Of a stretch of 58,555 nucleotides of DNA, positions 10,667 through 20,398 are shown in pieces. The stretch comes from Ruminococcaceae bacterium UBA2719 (GTDB lineage Bacteria; Bacillota; Clostridia; Oscillospirales; Acutalibacteraceae): the NCBI GenBank assembly GCA_002353935.1, contig DEKP01000043.1, positions 1 to 58,555 on the forward strand, read 5' to 3'. The position numbers and the translations under genes were made by a program. How positions within the stretch are numbered: the first letter of the stretch is position 1; every line of letters begins with the position of its first letter. The notes under the pieces are model-generated. The model worked only from the letters and a program-made list of their open reading frames with translations. It was not told the origin of the DNA and did not search any database.

Positions 10667-11938
10667 TTATTCGTCTTTGATATTTGCAACTGTTTTTGCG
10701 AGTAATTCTTTTAGTGCAGCTGTTTCGCTGGACTCTTCCGGTTTATAAACCTTGTTGCCGAGAGTTTTCATAGGATCCCAGAATGTATCTGCAATACCAA
10801 CCTGTGCAACAGAATGCTTTGCCTGCTCAAGAATAGCGCTAGTAGCTATGTTATTCTTAACTACATCAGACTCTACAGCAGCTAAATTTGAAGGTCCCCA
10901 TGAACGCTCTTCTGCGCGCTCTAACTGGCACTTTTCGTCTGACAAATAGTTTGCAAGAAGCTGAGAAGTCTCAGGGTACTTTGTCTTATAGTTAACACCG
11001 ATAAGCTTGTAACCGTGCATAGAGATGATTTGTGTATCTTTGCCGCCTATATTAATTGTAGGAAGCTTAGCTGCGCCGTAATCGTCGCCGAGTACTTCTG
11101 ATACTACTTTAGCGTTCCAGCTGCCGTCGATGCCTGCTGCAACTGTTCTTGGATCTTCTGCCATACCTGAAGAAACCTTTGAAACATCTGCTGATTCAAA
11201 GATATCTTTGTACTCATGGAACAACTTAGAAAATGCCTGCATAGAAGCTACTACTTCATCTTCGTTATAATCATTGAACTGCTGAGTACCCTCTTCATTA
11301 AGGCCTGCAAGCTCCATTCCGCCTGTAAATGTAAACATACATGAATAGAAACCGTTGCCTGCATCCATTACAAATTTCTTACCGGCTTTGCGGCAAGCTG
11401 CCAAAATGCCTTCGAGTGTCTTAGCGTCTTCATCAGATACTACGCTCTTATCATAAACAAGATAGTAACCGTTGTCGCCTGTTTCAGGATAAGCAAGAAG
11501 AGTATTATCAAGTGTAGCTGCGTTAATTGATTCCTCAGAGTTGCGTTTGGTAACATCGTCTTTGAATTCGTCATAAACAGGAGTAATAACGCCTGCATTG
11601 TACAGCTTGTTTAAGTTATTGCACGCAAAGCCGAATACGTCAGCTGCTGCATCCGGGTCATTTAACAGGTTAGTAGCTGCATCAGCCTCGCCCTGTGCTA
11701 CAACTTCGATAGAGATCTTCTTGTCAGGATACAAAGCAATAAAATCTTCGCATTGAGCCTGGAAAGTTTCTACTGCTTCGTTTGGAGCCCAAACTTTAAG
11801 TGTAATGTTGTCCTCTCCGTGGAACGGATCGTTGTCAGCGCTTGAAGACGCTGTTTCTTTGTTGCCACCATTACCGCAGCCTACAAATACGGTTGCGAGC
11901 ATGAGCACAGCAACAATCAAAGCTAAAATTCTTTTCAT
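10667..11938 (-). CDS. Sugar ABC transporter substrate-binding lipoprotein (maltodextrin-type, family 1 SBP)
   Basis: Signal peptide plus lipobox VFVGCGNGG; size and composition of family-1 sugar-binding proteins; heads the operon with the two permeases and GH13. Confidence 0.85.
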   Translation of the reverse strand: MKRILALIVAVLMLATVFVGCGNGGNKETASSSADNDPFHGEDNITLKVWAPNEAVETFQAQCEDFIALYPDKKISIEVVAQGEADAATNLLNDPDAAADVFGFACNNLNKLYNAGVITPVYDEFKDDVTKRNSEESINAATLDNTLLAYPETGDNGYYLVYDKSVVSDEDAKTLEGILAACRKAGKKFVMDAGNGFYSCMFTFTGGMELAGLNEEGTQQFNDYNEDEVVASMQAFSKLFHEYKDIFESADVSKVSSGMAEDPRTVAAGIDGSWNAKVVSEVLGDDYGAAKLPTINIGGKDTQIISMHGYKLIGVNYKTKYPETSQLLANYLSDEKCQLERAEERSWGPSNLAAVESDVVKNNIATSAILEQAKHSVAQVGIADTFWDPMKTLGNKVYKPEESSETAALKELLAKTVANIKDE

Positions 11939-12451
11939 TGTCGGATTTCCTTCTTTCTAAAAATTTTTGTAAATTGCAAAGTGAGATGTCCTATGAAAAT
12001 CCGGATCATAAGACAATATATCACTATAGAAATTTTACCATAATAGCAACATAAATTTCAACTCCCTTTGTACTTTTTATCTAAAACATTAAATTTTTAA
12101 TTTGTTTTTGTTGATTTTGACAACCAATATTTTTATTTACTGGCATATTGCATAATATTATTCGCTTTATTTTGTTGATTTTAACGTTTGCTGTTTTGTG
12201 CATTTTGTCAATTATCTTTATCGTATTTAATTTTATTGAGATATATTAAACGGATTTATATTTCCAATTTAGAATAAAGTGTCTGATTATTAAAAATATG
12301 ACAAAAGTTTAGTGTATTTTTACCAAACTCAGATAAAACAGAGTATTTGCTTACATTGACATCGGCTAAAAAAAGTTGTAAATTAGAATAGTATCTATAA
12401 ATGTTTAAGTAAGCATCTATTACTTAATTATATGACTTTGGGAGGTCCATT

Positions 12452-13930
12452 ATGAAATTAAGAGACTTGCTTTCAAAATGCGAGTATTCTGTACTAAACG
12501 GCAATGTAGATATTGAGATAAAAGATGTTATATATGACTCAAGAAAAATAACCTACGGCTGTGCTTTTGTGGCGCTCAAAGGCTACAACGCCGACGGACA
12601 CAAGTTTATCACAGATGCTGTTTATAAGGGAGCAACAGCGCTTGTTGTTGAGGACGATGTTGAGGTTTCGGGAAACGTTGCCGTTATTAAGGTAAACAAC
12701 ACCAGAGAAACGCTTGCAAAAATGAGCGTTGAATATTTTAAGTCTCCTGCAAAAGAACTGACTACCGTAGCTGTAACAGGCACAAAGGGTAAAACCACCA
12801 CAGTAGCTATGATTCGCTCTATACTTGAAACTGCAGGCATAAAAACCGGAACCATAGGAACTTTGGGAATAATCATTGACAATCAAATTTATAAAACAAA
12901 CAATACTACTCCCGAATCATACGAAATTCAACAAGCTATGCGTCGAATGGTTGACGAAGGTTGCAAAGCTATGGTAATAGAGGCTTCTTCTTTAGGTCTT
13001 AAATGGCACAGAACCGATGGTATTGAATTTGACTACGGTATATTCACAAATTTTTCAAACGACCATATAGGCGACAGCGAACATAAAGATTTAGAAGAAT
13101 ACTTAAATTGTAAATCAAAGTTGTTTAAACAATGCAAGGTAGGTATCATCAACAAAGATGACGCAGCTTTTGAAGAAATTTTAAAAGATCATACCTGCAC
13201 AGTAGAAACCTACGGTTATGCAAAGGACGCTGACTTAGTTGCTCACACAGATAATCTGTTGGCAAAGCCGGGATTTATAGGAGTGCATTTTAACACCACA
13301 GGATCCGAAGAATTGTCTGTAGACGTAGCTATTCCGGGAAGATTTTCGGTATATAACGCGCTTGCCGCTATAGCTGTATGCAGACATTTTGATATTTCAA
13401 AAGACGACATTATTAAAGGTTTGTTTAATGTAAAAGTAAAGGGAAGAGTTGAGGTTGTTCCTGTACCGGGAAATTACACGCTGCTTATTGATTATGCTCA
13501 CAACGCTGTTTCTATGGAAAATGTACTGACAACACTCAAAGAATATAAACCCAAACGCCTGATAACCATGTTCGGAGCAGGCGGAAACCGTCCAAAAGAC
13601 AGAAGATACGAAATGGGCGAAGTATCGGGCAGATTATCGGATTTGTCCATAATAACAGAAGATAATTCCAGATATGAAGATGTTATGGATATAATAAAGG
13701 ATATTAAAGAAGGAATAGATAAAACAAAAGGCAAATACATCATTATTCCTAACCGAGTTGACGCTATAAGATATTGTATCGAAAACTCCTTAGACGGCGA
13801 TATCATTGTGCTTGCCGGCAAGGGCCACGAAGATTATCAGGAAATTCGCGGAGTTAAGTACCATATGGATGAACGCGAGATCATCGCTGATATTTTAAAC
13901 GACAACGAAAACGACGAAAATCCTAATTGA
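12452..13930 (+). CDS. murE: UDP-N-acetylmuramoyl-L-alanyl-D-glutamate--2,6-diaminopimelate ligase
   Basis: Mur ligase P-loop GTKGKTTT; DYAHN motif; 492 aa; RBS gggagg. Confidence 0.9.
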   Translation: MKLRDLLSKCEYSVLNGNVDIEIKDVIYDSRKITYGCAFVALKGYNADGHKFITDAVYKGATALVVEDDVEVSGNVAVIKVNNTRETLAKMSVEYFKSPAKELTTVAVTGTKGKTTTVAMIRSILETAGIKTGTIGTLGIIIDNQIYKTNNTTPESYEIQQAMRRMVDEGCKAMVIEASSLGLKWHRTDGIEFDYGIFTNFSNDHIGDSEHKDLEEYLNCKSKLFKQCKVGIINKDDAAFEEILKDHTCTVETYGYAKDADLVAHTDNLLAKPGFIGVHFNTTGSEELSVDVAIPGRFSVYNALAAIAVCRHFDISKDDIIKGLFNVKVKGRVEVVPVPGNYTLLIDYAHNAVSMENVLTTLKEYKPKRLITMFGAGGNRPKDRRYEMGEVSGRLSDLSIITEDNSRYEDVMDIIKDIKEGIDKTKGKYIIIPNRVDAIRYCIENSLDGDIIVLAGKGHEDYQEIRGVKYHMDEREIIADILNDNENDENPN

Positions 13931-13971
13931 TATTCAAACAACTAATAAACTAAAATAAACGGAGGTTGTAT

Positions 13972-14340
13972 ATGAAGTTACAGGAATCCGGAGAAATGTA
14001 CTTAGAGACCATATTAATCTTATCTAAAAAGAGCAAATTCGTACGCAGTATAGACGTAGTAGAATATATGGGATTCTCAAAGCCGAGCGTATCACGAGCA
14101 ATAGGGTTATTAAAAGAAGGCGGATATGTCAACGTCAAAGACGGAGGCGCTTTGATTCTAACTAAAGAAGGTAAAATTATTGCCGAAAAAATATATGAAC
14201 GGCATACGTTTCTTACAAAATTTCTGCTAAGTATAGGCGTAGACGAAGAAACTGCTTCCTCGGACGCATGTAAGATAGAACATGATATCTCTGAAAAATC
14301 ATTTAGCGCCTTAAAAAAGCATTTTACCGATAAAATATAG
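13972..14340 (+). CDS. DtxR/MntR-family metal-dependent transcriptional regulator (short form, no SH3 domain)
   Basis: wHTH plus dimerisation/metal-binding region typical of the iron-dependent repressor family. Start at ATG 13972, which is 6 nt after GGAGG; the track TTG at 13966 is less likely. Confidence 0.75.
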   Translation: MKLQESGEMYLETILILSKKSKFVRSIDVVEYMGFSKPSVSRAIGLLKEGGYVNVKDGGALILTKEGKIIAEKIYERHTFLTKFLLSIGVDEETASSDACKIEHDISEKSFSALKKHFTDKI

Positions 14341-14496
14341 TCGCACAGCAGTACAGTAACAAGAAAAAAGATCTCGACAACATATTGCAGCACAGCTACA
14401 ACGTGGTACTGCTATTCTCTGTACTTATAAAAAATACTACACTTTTTACTAAACAGCTGTGTAGATAAAGAAATTATACTTAGGAAGTTTTAATAA

Positions 14497-14532
14497 AGCA
14501 AAAATCCCCTAACCTGTTTTACAAGTTAGGGG
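14497..14532 (-). terminator. Rho-independent terminator of trxA
   Basis: Stem cccctaac / gttagggg with a 12-nt loop. On the minus strand it is followed by a T-run (plus-strand aaaaat). Confidence 0.55.
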
Positions 14533-14585
14533 AAATCTGTAATAAAAGATTTTTACAAGTAACTGTTTTAAAAGTCTTTTAATCA

Positions 14586-14909
14586 TCAGTCACAAATGCT
14601 TCTTAACGCATTCAAAATTTCCTGTTTTGGTCTTACTCCGACAAAGCGTTCAACTTCATCGCCATCCTTAAATATTATCAAAGTTGGAACGCTCATGATA
14701 GAATACTCCAGCGTAAGATCCTCGTTCTCATCTATATCGCACTTATATACAACGTAAGATCCGTTCGACTCATCCGCTATCTCTTCAACAATAGGAGAAA
14801 GCATCTTGCACGGACCGCACCATGTTGCAAAGAAATCGACTAAAACCACTCCGTCGCTGTTTAATATTTCAGTGTTAAATCTTTCGCTATCTAAATTAAA
14901 AACCGACAT
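14586..14909 (-). CDS. trxA: Thioredoxin
   Basis: WCGPCK active site; 107 aa. Confidence 0.9.
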   Translation of the reverse strand: MSVFNLDSERFNTEILNSDGVVLVDFFATWCGPCKMLSPIVEEIADESNGSYVVYKCDIDENEDLTLEYSIMSVPTLIIFKDGDEVERFVGVRPKQEILNALRSICD

Positions 14910-14999
14910 ATAAATTCCTCCTGAATAAAGTTTTTATTATTATAACACATAAAATTCAAGAAAGCTACAACAATATTATAAATTAAAAAGGGTGATATT

Positions 15000-15914
15000 A
15001 TGTATGATCTTATTATAATAGGCGGCGGTGTTGCCGGAATGACCGGCGCAATCTACGCTGCTAGAGCAGGTATTTCAACCGCTATAATTGAAAAATCAGG
15101 ATTCGGAGGCCAAGTTACCTCCACCGATAAAATAGAAAACTATCCGTCGTTAAAAGAGGTCGACGGCTTTACTCTTGCGTCTAATATGAAATCTCAGATT
15201 GACGCTCTCGGCGTTGAATCCATATACGCAAACGTTCAAAAAGTTACTAAAGAAAACGATATTTTTCATATTACAACCGACAGCGATACGCTGGATGCTA
15301 AAACCGTTATTATTGCAAACGGCATCAAACGCCGCGAGCTTAAATTAAAGGGAGAAGAAAAATTTTCCGGCAAAGGCGTATCGTGGTGCGCCGTATGTGA
15401 CGGCGGCTTTTTCAGAAAAAAGACCGTTGCTGTTATCGGCGGAGGAAATTCAGCGCTTGCCGATGCAATTTACTTGTCAAAAATATGTGAAAAAGTATAT
15501 TTAATATTCAGAAGAAATGAACCAACAGCCTCTAAAATTTATACAGATAAAGCAAAATCTCTTGAGAATATCACAATTATACCGCGCACGGTTCCTCTCT
15601 CAATAGACGGCGAAAAAAAGGTTGAAAAGCTGGAAATTCAAAACTTAGATACCAATGAAATATCAAAGTTAGAGGTAGCCGGTGTATTCGAAGCGGTAGG
15701 GCTGATTCCGGATAACAAGCAGTTTGAAAATATAATTGATCTTGATGAAAACGGATATATTCTTGCTGATGAAAACCGAAAAACCTCCACACAAGGACTT
15801 TTTGCCGCGGGCGATACTGTAAAAAAGCATCTGCGCCAGATAGTCACTGCAACGTCAGACGGCGCAATTGCCGCTACTTCTGCTATAGAATATCTGCAAG
15901 AAAAAGGGGTATGA
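15000..15914 (+). CDS. trxB: Thioredoxin-disulfide reductase
   Basis: FAD GGGxAG motif at N-terminus; CAVCDG redox-active disulfide; NADPH GGGNSA motif; divergent from trxA. Confidence 0.9.
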   Translation: MYDLIIIGGGVAGMTGAIYAARAGISTAIIEKSGFGGQVTSTDKIENYPSLKEVDGFTLASNMKSQIDALGVESIYANVQKVTKENDIFHITTDSDTLDAKTVIIANGIKRRELKLKGEEKFSGKGVSWCAVCDGGFFRKKTVAVIGGGNSALADAIYLSKICEKVYLIFRRNEPTASKIYTDKAKSLENITIIPRTVPLSIDGEKKVEKLEIQNLDTNEISKLEVAGVFEAVGLIPDNKQFENIIDLDENGYILADENRKTSTQGLFAAGDTVKKHLRQIVTATSDGAIAATSAIEYLQEKGV

Positions 15915-15915
15915 T

Positions 15916-16614
15916 ATGAACCGCTCTGTTAAAAATATTCAGTCCTCTCTTTTATCTATGCAGGATGAAATTTACCGTTATTTTGTATCAAAACTCATTC
16001 CTACGGTAAAATATGAATCTATAATAGGAATTAGAACTCCCGTTCTCAGAGCTTACGCTAAACAAATCGAAAATAATACACAAATAGACCTCAATGACTT
16101 TTTGTCCGCTTTGCCTCATAAATATTTTGAGGAAAACAACTTGCACGCCTTTATCATAGAGCGTGAAAAAGACTTTGATACAGCGATAAAAAAGACCGAA
16201 TCTTTTTTGCCGCACGTCGATAACTGGGCAACTTGCGACAGCTTTTCTCCAAAGGTTTTTAAAAAGCACAAAAACGAGCTTTTACCCTATATTGACAGAT
16301 GGTTAAATTCCAATTTTACCTATGCAGTAAGATTTGGCATTAAAACCTTGATGAATCTATATTTGGATGAAGATTTTAACGAAGAATATATGCAAAAAAT
16401 TTCAAAGATTATTTCAGAAGAATATTACATAAATATGATGATATCCTGGTATTTTGCTACCGCTTTGGCAAAACAATATGACTATGCTGTAAAATATCTT
16501 GAAAAACAAGCTTTGCCAAAATGGACGCATAATAAAACCATTCAAAAGTCCATCGAATCATACCGTATAACAAAAGATCAAAAGGATTATCTAAGAACTT
16601 TAAAAATCAAGTAA
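15916..16614 (+). CDS. DNA alkylation repair protein (AlkD/AlkC-like HEAT-repeat glycosylase family)
   Basis: Length and motif pattern (…RTPVLRAYAKQ…, …WATCDSF…) resemble the DNA_alkylation family; start overlaps trxB stop. Confidence 0.55.
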   Translation: MNRSVKNIQSSLLSMQDEIYRYFVSKLIPTVKYESIIGIRTPVLRAYAKQIENNTQIDLNDFLSALPHKYFEENNLHAFIIEREKDFDTAIKKTESFLPHVDNWATCDSFSPKVFKKHKNELLPYIDRWLNSNFTYAVRFGIKTLMNLYLDEDFNEEYMQKISKIISEEYYINMMISWYFATALAKQYDYAVKYLEKQALPKWTHNKTIQKSIESYRITKDQKDYLRTLKIK

Positions 16615-16626
16615 TATCAAACATAC

Positions 16627-16660
16627 GCCGAGAGCAAAATGCTCCCGGCGCATATTTTTT
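16627..16660 (+). terminator. Terminator between convergent alkD-like and ydjH-like genes
   Basis: Stem cgccgagagc / gctcccggcg followed by atatttttt. Confidence 0.5.
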
Positions 16661-16691
16661 AATAATTTTATCCTTCGTTTTTTAACTTATT

Positions 16692-17507
16692 TTAGAAACT
16701 GCCTGACGAACCGCCGTGAGAAGTTCCCGATGAGCCGGTATGAGTAGAAGAACTCTCTTTTGGCTTTGCAACTCTTGATATAGTAGAATACAAAAAGTTG
16801 TCTCTTCTTGCTGTAACGTTCAGGCTGTTTTGTTTCACGTAGCTTGCAGCTCCTCTTTGCAGCGCCACGGTTTTTAACTGCGCTTTAAACGCAAACATAA
16901 TCAGTAAGGCAATTACAAAACCTATTACTAATGACAATGGTATCCATATTAAAGATACATGCGGCAACATATAGTATGACATTTTTTGGGCTATTTTTAC
17001 AAAAGCATTGTAATAATCTCCTGATGAAAGCATCGGCTGTGCTTCTTCCATAACAGCTGCCTGTTCGCTGTCGTTTAGCTTATTAATGCATTTGCCGGTT
17101 GTTGTAATGTGCCATTTTCTATCTTCCATTGCTATCAAAAACAGTACGCCGTCTTTAGAATATCCATTATAATCGTAATAATCATCGGCATAAGCCGTTT
17201 CTGATTTACCGTTCAGAGAATTTACCGTAACAAATACAAAGTCGCACTTATTTTTTTCGCCCAATTTCTCACAAAGTTCGGTCAATGAAAAAACCTGATC
17301 ATTCGTTAAAATGTTAGCTCCATCCACCACAAGCTGTCCCGGCTGAGCATTATTAACAGATGTGTCCTCAGCCGTATCAAACATTTGTGCGTCCTTATCC
17401 GTATCAGACGATTGAGCTTCTTCATAATCCATTGCTGAAACCGCAAATACGGCAAATGAAAAAACTAATAAAAGGACAAATATTAATGATACTATTCTTT
17501 TTTTCAT
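16692..17507 (-). CDS. TPM-domain protein (YdjH/YgcG-like) with signal peptide, C-terminal TM and Gly/Ser-rich tail
   Basis: N-terminal signal peptide; TPM-phosphatase-like core; TM helix; GSSGTSHGGSSGSF tail. Third gene of the ydjI-ydjG-ydjH-like module. Confidence 0.8.
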   Translation of the reverse strand: MKKRIVSLIFVLLLVFSFAVFAVSAMDYEEAQSSDTDKDAQMFDTAEDTSVNNAQPGQLVVDGANILTNDQVFSLTELCEKLGEKNKCDFVFVTVNSLNGKSETAYADDYYDYNGYSKDGVLFLIAMEDRKWHITTTGKCINKLNDSEQAAVMEEAQPMLSSGDYYNAFVKIAQKMSYYMLPHVSLIWIPLSLVIGFVIALLIMFAFKAQLKTVALQRGAASYVKQNSLNVTARRDNFLYSTISRVAKPKESSSTHTGSSGTSHGGSSGSF

Positions 17508-17520
17508 AAGTTTGCCCTCC

Positions 17521-18606
17521 TTAAAACAACTGAATTAGCCACAAAACAGCGTAAATCAGCGCTCCGATTCCTGCGGTTAATAACAGTTGCGTCAGCCAGA
17601 ATTTTTTGCGGTCCATCGGAAGATTTCCAACAAATTTGCCGGTTTGACCGTTCATGGCAAAGGTATATTTTTCATTATTATAAGTAGTATTTAAAATCCA
17701 TACCGGATAAAGCGCGTACTTTGCCTTGCCGTTTGATAAACGAACAGATGATGACTCTGTATTTACCGTAGCATAGCCGTTTACAGTGCTTCTAAAAGCA
17801 TCTTCGGTAGAATTTTTAACTCGCTCGTTGGCTCTTTGTATACTTTGGTCTGCGTCAACATCATATTTATCAGCAAGATATCCGGCAAGATATGCGGTCT
17901 GAAAATCCACAGCGTCGTCAAAATTATAAGGTTCTATCGATTCCATCAAATCATCGGGCATCTTTGAAGAGCCGTCAACGGGTACCCTTTCAAAACTTAT
18001 ATCTCCCGCTCTGAATACGGAAAAAAAGCTTGTTTGAGTATATATGTAATTTGAATCACTCCATGTATGAACTTTCGTAGCTCTGTATCGGATATCAGCA
18101 TCGGCGTCGGCGTCAAAAAGCCAAAACGGAACATAAATACCCTTGACCTCATCCAAATGGTTTGTATCCTTAAAAATTTTCGGAAGCAAAAACTTTTTAA
18201 GTAAATGCTTCTTCAAGCCCTCTTTAGCAGCATTTTTATCCAGCTTGAACGGAATTACGTAGTCAGGCTTTAAATTCCCCTTTAGCTGATCCATCATTAC
18301 TACAGGATTTCCGCAATACGGACACTCGGTAGCAGCAGTATTTGCGTCGCCGATAATCTCGCCGCCGCAGGACTTGCACACATAAGAACGAATTGTTCCC
18401 TCTTCGTTCTCAGTCCACTCCTGGCCGGCGTTTGTGTCCCACTGCATTTTATCTGTGCCTTCGCTTTTCAAATCCTCGTCATAATTTTTCAGCGCTTCCA
18501 TTTCAAACTCGGTGTCGCAATAGGGGCATTTCATCTTCTGTATAGAAGTATCAAACGCTATCGCGCCGCCACAACAAGGACATTTATATTCTTGTAATTG
18601 AGCCAA
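17521..18606 (-). CDS. Zinc-ribbon membrane protein (YdjG-like): two N-terminal CxxC zinc ribbons, C-terminal TM
   Basis: CPCCGG...CPYC and CKSCGG...CPYCGN motifs; C-terminal hydrophobic helix. TTG start with RBS aagggga; 13 bp upstream of the TPM gene. Confidence 0.7.
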   Translation of the reverse strand: MAQLQEYKCPCCGGAIAFDTSIQKMKCPYCDTEFEMEALKNYDEDLKSEGTDKMQWDTNAGQEWTENEEGTIRSYVCKSCGGEIIGDANTAATECPYCGNPVVMMDQLKGNLKPDYVIPFKLDKNAAKEGLKKHLLKKFLLPKIFKDTNHLDEVKGIYVPFWLFDADADADIRYRATKVHTWSDSNYIYTQTSFFSVFRAGDISFERVPVDGSSKMPDDLMESIEPYNFDDAVDFQTAYLAGYLADKYDVDADQSIQRANERVKNSTEDAFRSTVNGYATVNTESSSVRLSNGKAKYALYPVWILNTTYNNEKYTFAMNGQTGKFVGNLPMDRKKFWLTQLLLTAGIGALIYAVLWLIQLF

Positions 18607-18724
18607 AACCTCATCCCCTTAATTTATTAAAATTCGCACTCCTGTGACATAATATTATATTCATTTTGTTATAATTTAAGACAATATCGCATGTAAAGTT
18701 GTGTGGTATTATCTTAACAATAAA

Positions 18725-20050
18725 TTATTGCTTATCAGCGTCGTCAAAAGGATCGCCGCATTCAGGACAGAATTTTGGCGGATTAGCCGGGTCTTCAGGT
18801 TCAAAGCCGCACTTGTTGCATTTATATTTAGGTGTACCTTCAGGCTTTTTAGAGCCGCACTCAGAACAGAATTTTCCTTTATTGGAAGCGCCGCACGAAC
18901 AAATCCAAGCTCCGTCATCCTCGGGCTTTTTAGAGCCGCACTCAGGGCAGAATTTGCCCGTAGCTATTGCTCCGCAAGAACATTTCCAGCCGTTTGCAGG
19001 TGCTTGTTGAGGCTGATTTGCCTGCTGTTGTGCTTGTTGCTCTGCACCCATAGCGTAAAGATTTTGAGTATTCATGCCGCCTGCAGTATTCATAGCCATG
19101 CCCATGCCCATGAAACCTGTCATAGCTCCGTTTGAGTTTGAAGCTGCTGCTTTCATAGCGTCAGCCTGAGCTCCTGTGAGAGTCGCCGCAGCCATTGTAG
19201 GATCTTTCAAAATAGCGGCGCGCTGAGCCTGTTTGATAAGCTCTGCGTCCTCGTCCGGCAGAGTAACGGAACCTAAAGCAACAGAGACAACCTTAAGTCC
19301 TCTTAACTCTCCCCATTTTTCAGACAACTCGGTATTCAAAGCGTCTTGTAGCTCACTGGTGTGAGTTACAACCTGATTGGGGCGAATCTCTAAATCCGAA
19401 AGTTTTCCGAAAGACGGCTGCAAAGCAGAAACAAACTCTGTTTTTAACTGACCGTCGATTTCTTCGCGTCTATACTCTTCGGTAACATTTCCGCAAACAT
19501 TGGTATAAAACAATATCGGATTCGTAATTTTATAAGAATATACTCCTGAGCAACGGATAGCAACGTCAATATCAAGACCGATTTTTGAATCAACAACTCT
19601 AAACGGAATCGGATTAGGAGTACCGAATTTATTATCAATCAACTCTTTTGTATTAAAATAATAAACTCTCTGATCTTTTCCGGTATCTCCGCCGTATGTA
19701 AAACGTTTTCCGATAGTTTTAAATGTTTGTTTTATGCTCTCTCCCAAAGATCCTGAAAAAATAGAAGGCTCTGTAGATTTATCATAAGTATATTGACCGG
19801 GCTCGGCACAAACCTCGACAACCTTTCCCTGTTCTACGATAATCATACACTGACCGTCTGCAACAGCAATTCCCGATCCGTTTGAGATAATGTTATCATT
19901 TCCCTTTGTGTTAGATGAACGACCTGTGATGTTCTTTTGCCCTTTTTTTACCAAAACCTCTTTTGGCAATGCTTCACAGTAGAAAAATTCTTTCCACTGA
20001 TCCGCTAAAACGCCGCCTACTGCTCCTATGCCGGCTTTAATAAGTCCCAT
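18725..20050 (-). CDS. YdjI-like PspA-associated protein: SPFH/band-7-like domain, M/G/Q-rich linker and four C-terminal zinc ribbons
   Basis: Same architecture as B. subtilis YdjI (SPFH-like core, low-complexity linker, CPxCG ribbons). RBS aggagg before the ATG at 20050. Confidence 0.8.
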   Translation of the reverse strand: MGLIKAGIGAVGGVLADQWKEFFYCEALPKEVLVKKGQKNITGRSSNTKGNDNIISNGSGIAVADGQCMIIVEQGKVVEVCAEPGQYTYDKSTEPSIFSGSLGESIKQTFKTIGKRFTYGGDTGKDQRVYYFNTKELIDNKFGTPNPIPFRVVDSKIGLDIDVAIRCSGVYSYKITNPILFYTNVCGNVTEEYRREEIDGQLKTEFVSALQPSFGKLSDLEIRPNQVVTHTSELQDALNTELSEKWGELRGLKVVSVALGSVTLPDEDAELIKQAQRAAILKDPTMAAATLTGAQADAMKAAASNSNGAMTGFMGMGMAMNTAGGMNTQNLYAMGAEQQAQQQANQPQQAPANGWKCSCGAIATGKFCPECGSKKPEDDGAWICSCGASNKGKFCSECGSKKPEGTPKYKCNKCGFEPEDPANPPKFCPECGDPFDDADKQ

Positions 20051-20279
20051 AATTTTTCCTCCTGTTTTTCAACTTGCAACCTTTTGTTACATATAGTAAA
20101 CAATGATTAATTCGGGTGTACAAATTGTTTGAAGCTTTTCCGCCAAGTTGTGCGCCCGGCTTTAAAGCGTAAATTAATCAGTGGTCACTTATTATATTAT
20201 ATAATAGATTATTATATGTTTTCAAGCAAATTTAGAAAAATTCACTAAATATTTGATTGCATTATCATTAAAAACCGGC

Positions 20280-20317
20280 ATAAAAAACAGGGCACCCGCT
20301 TCTTGTGAGTGTCCTGT
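20280..20317 (-). terminator. Terminator of the first FN3 paralog
   Basis: Stem acagggcac / gtgtcctgt, followed on the minus strand by a T-run. Confidence 0.5.
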
Positions 20318-20398
20318 TTATTAACTTGATGATATTGGATTTAAATATTAAACCATACCAATACCAAAGGATTCTGCTTCTGAGTTATTTTTTTAATC

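Noticed and set aside
18699-19135. Two overlapping plus-strand ORFs (103 and 144 aa) rich in Ala/Arg/Phe
   Set aside because: They lie antisense to the repeat-rich 3' end of the ydjI-like gene. They arise from the GC-rich zinc-ribbon repeats, and have no RBS or start context
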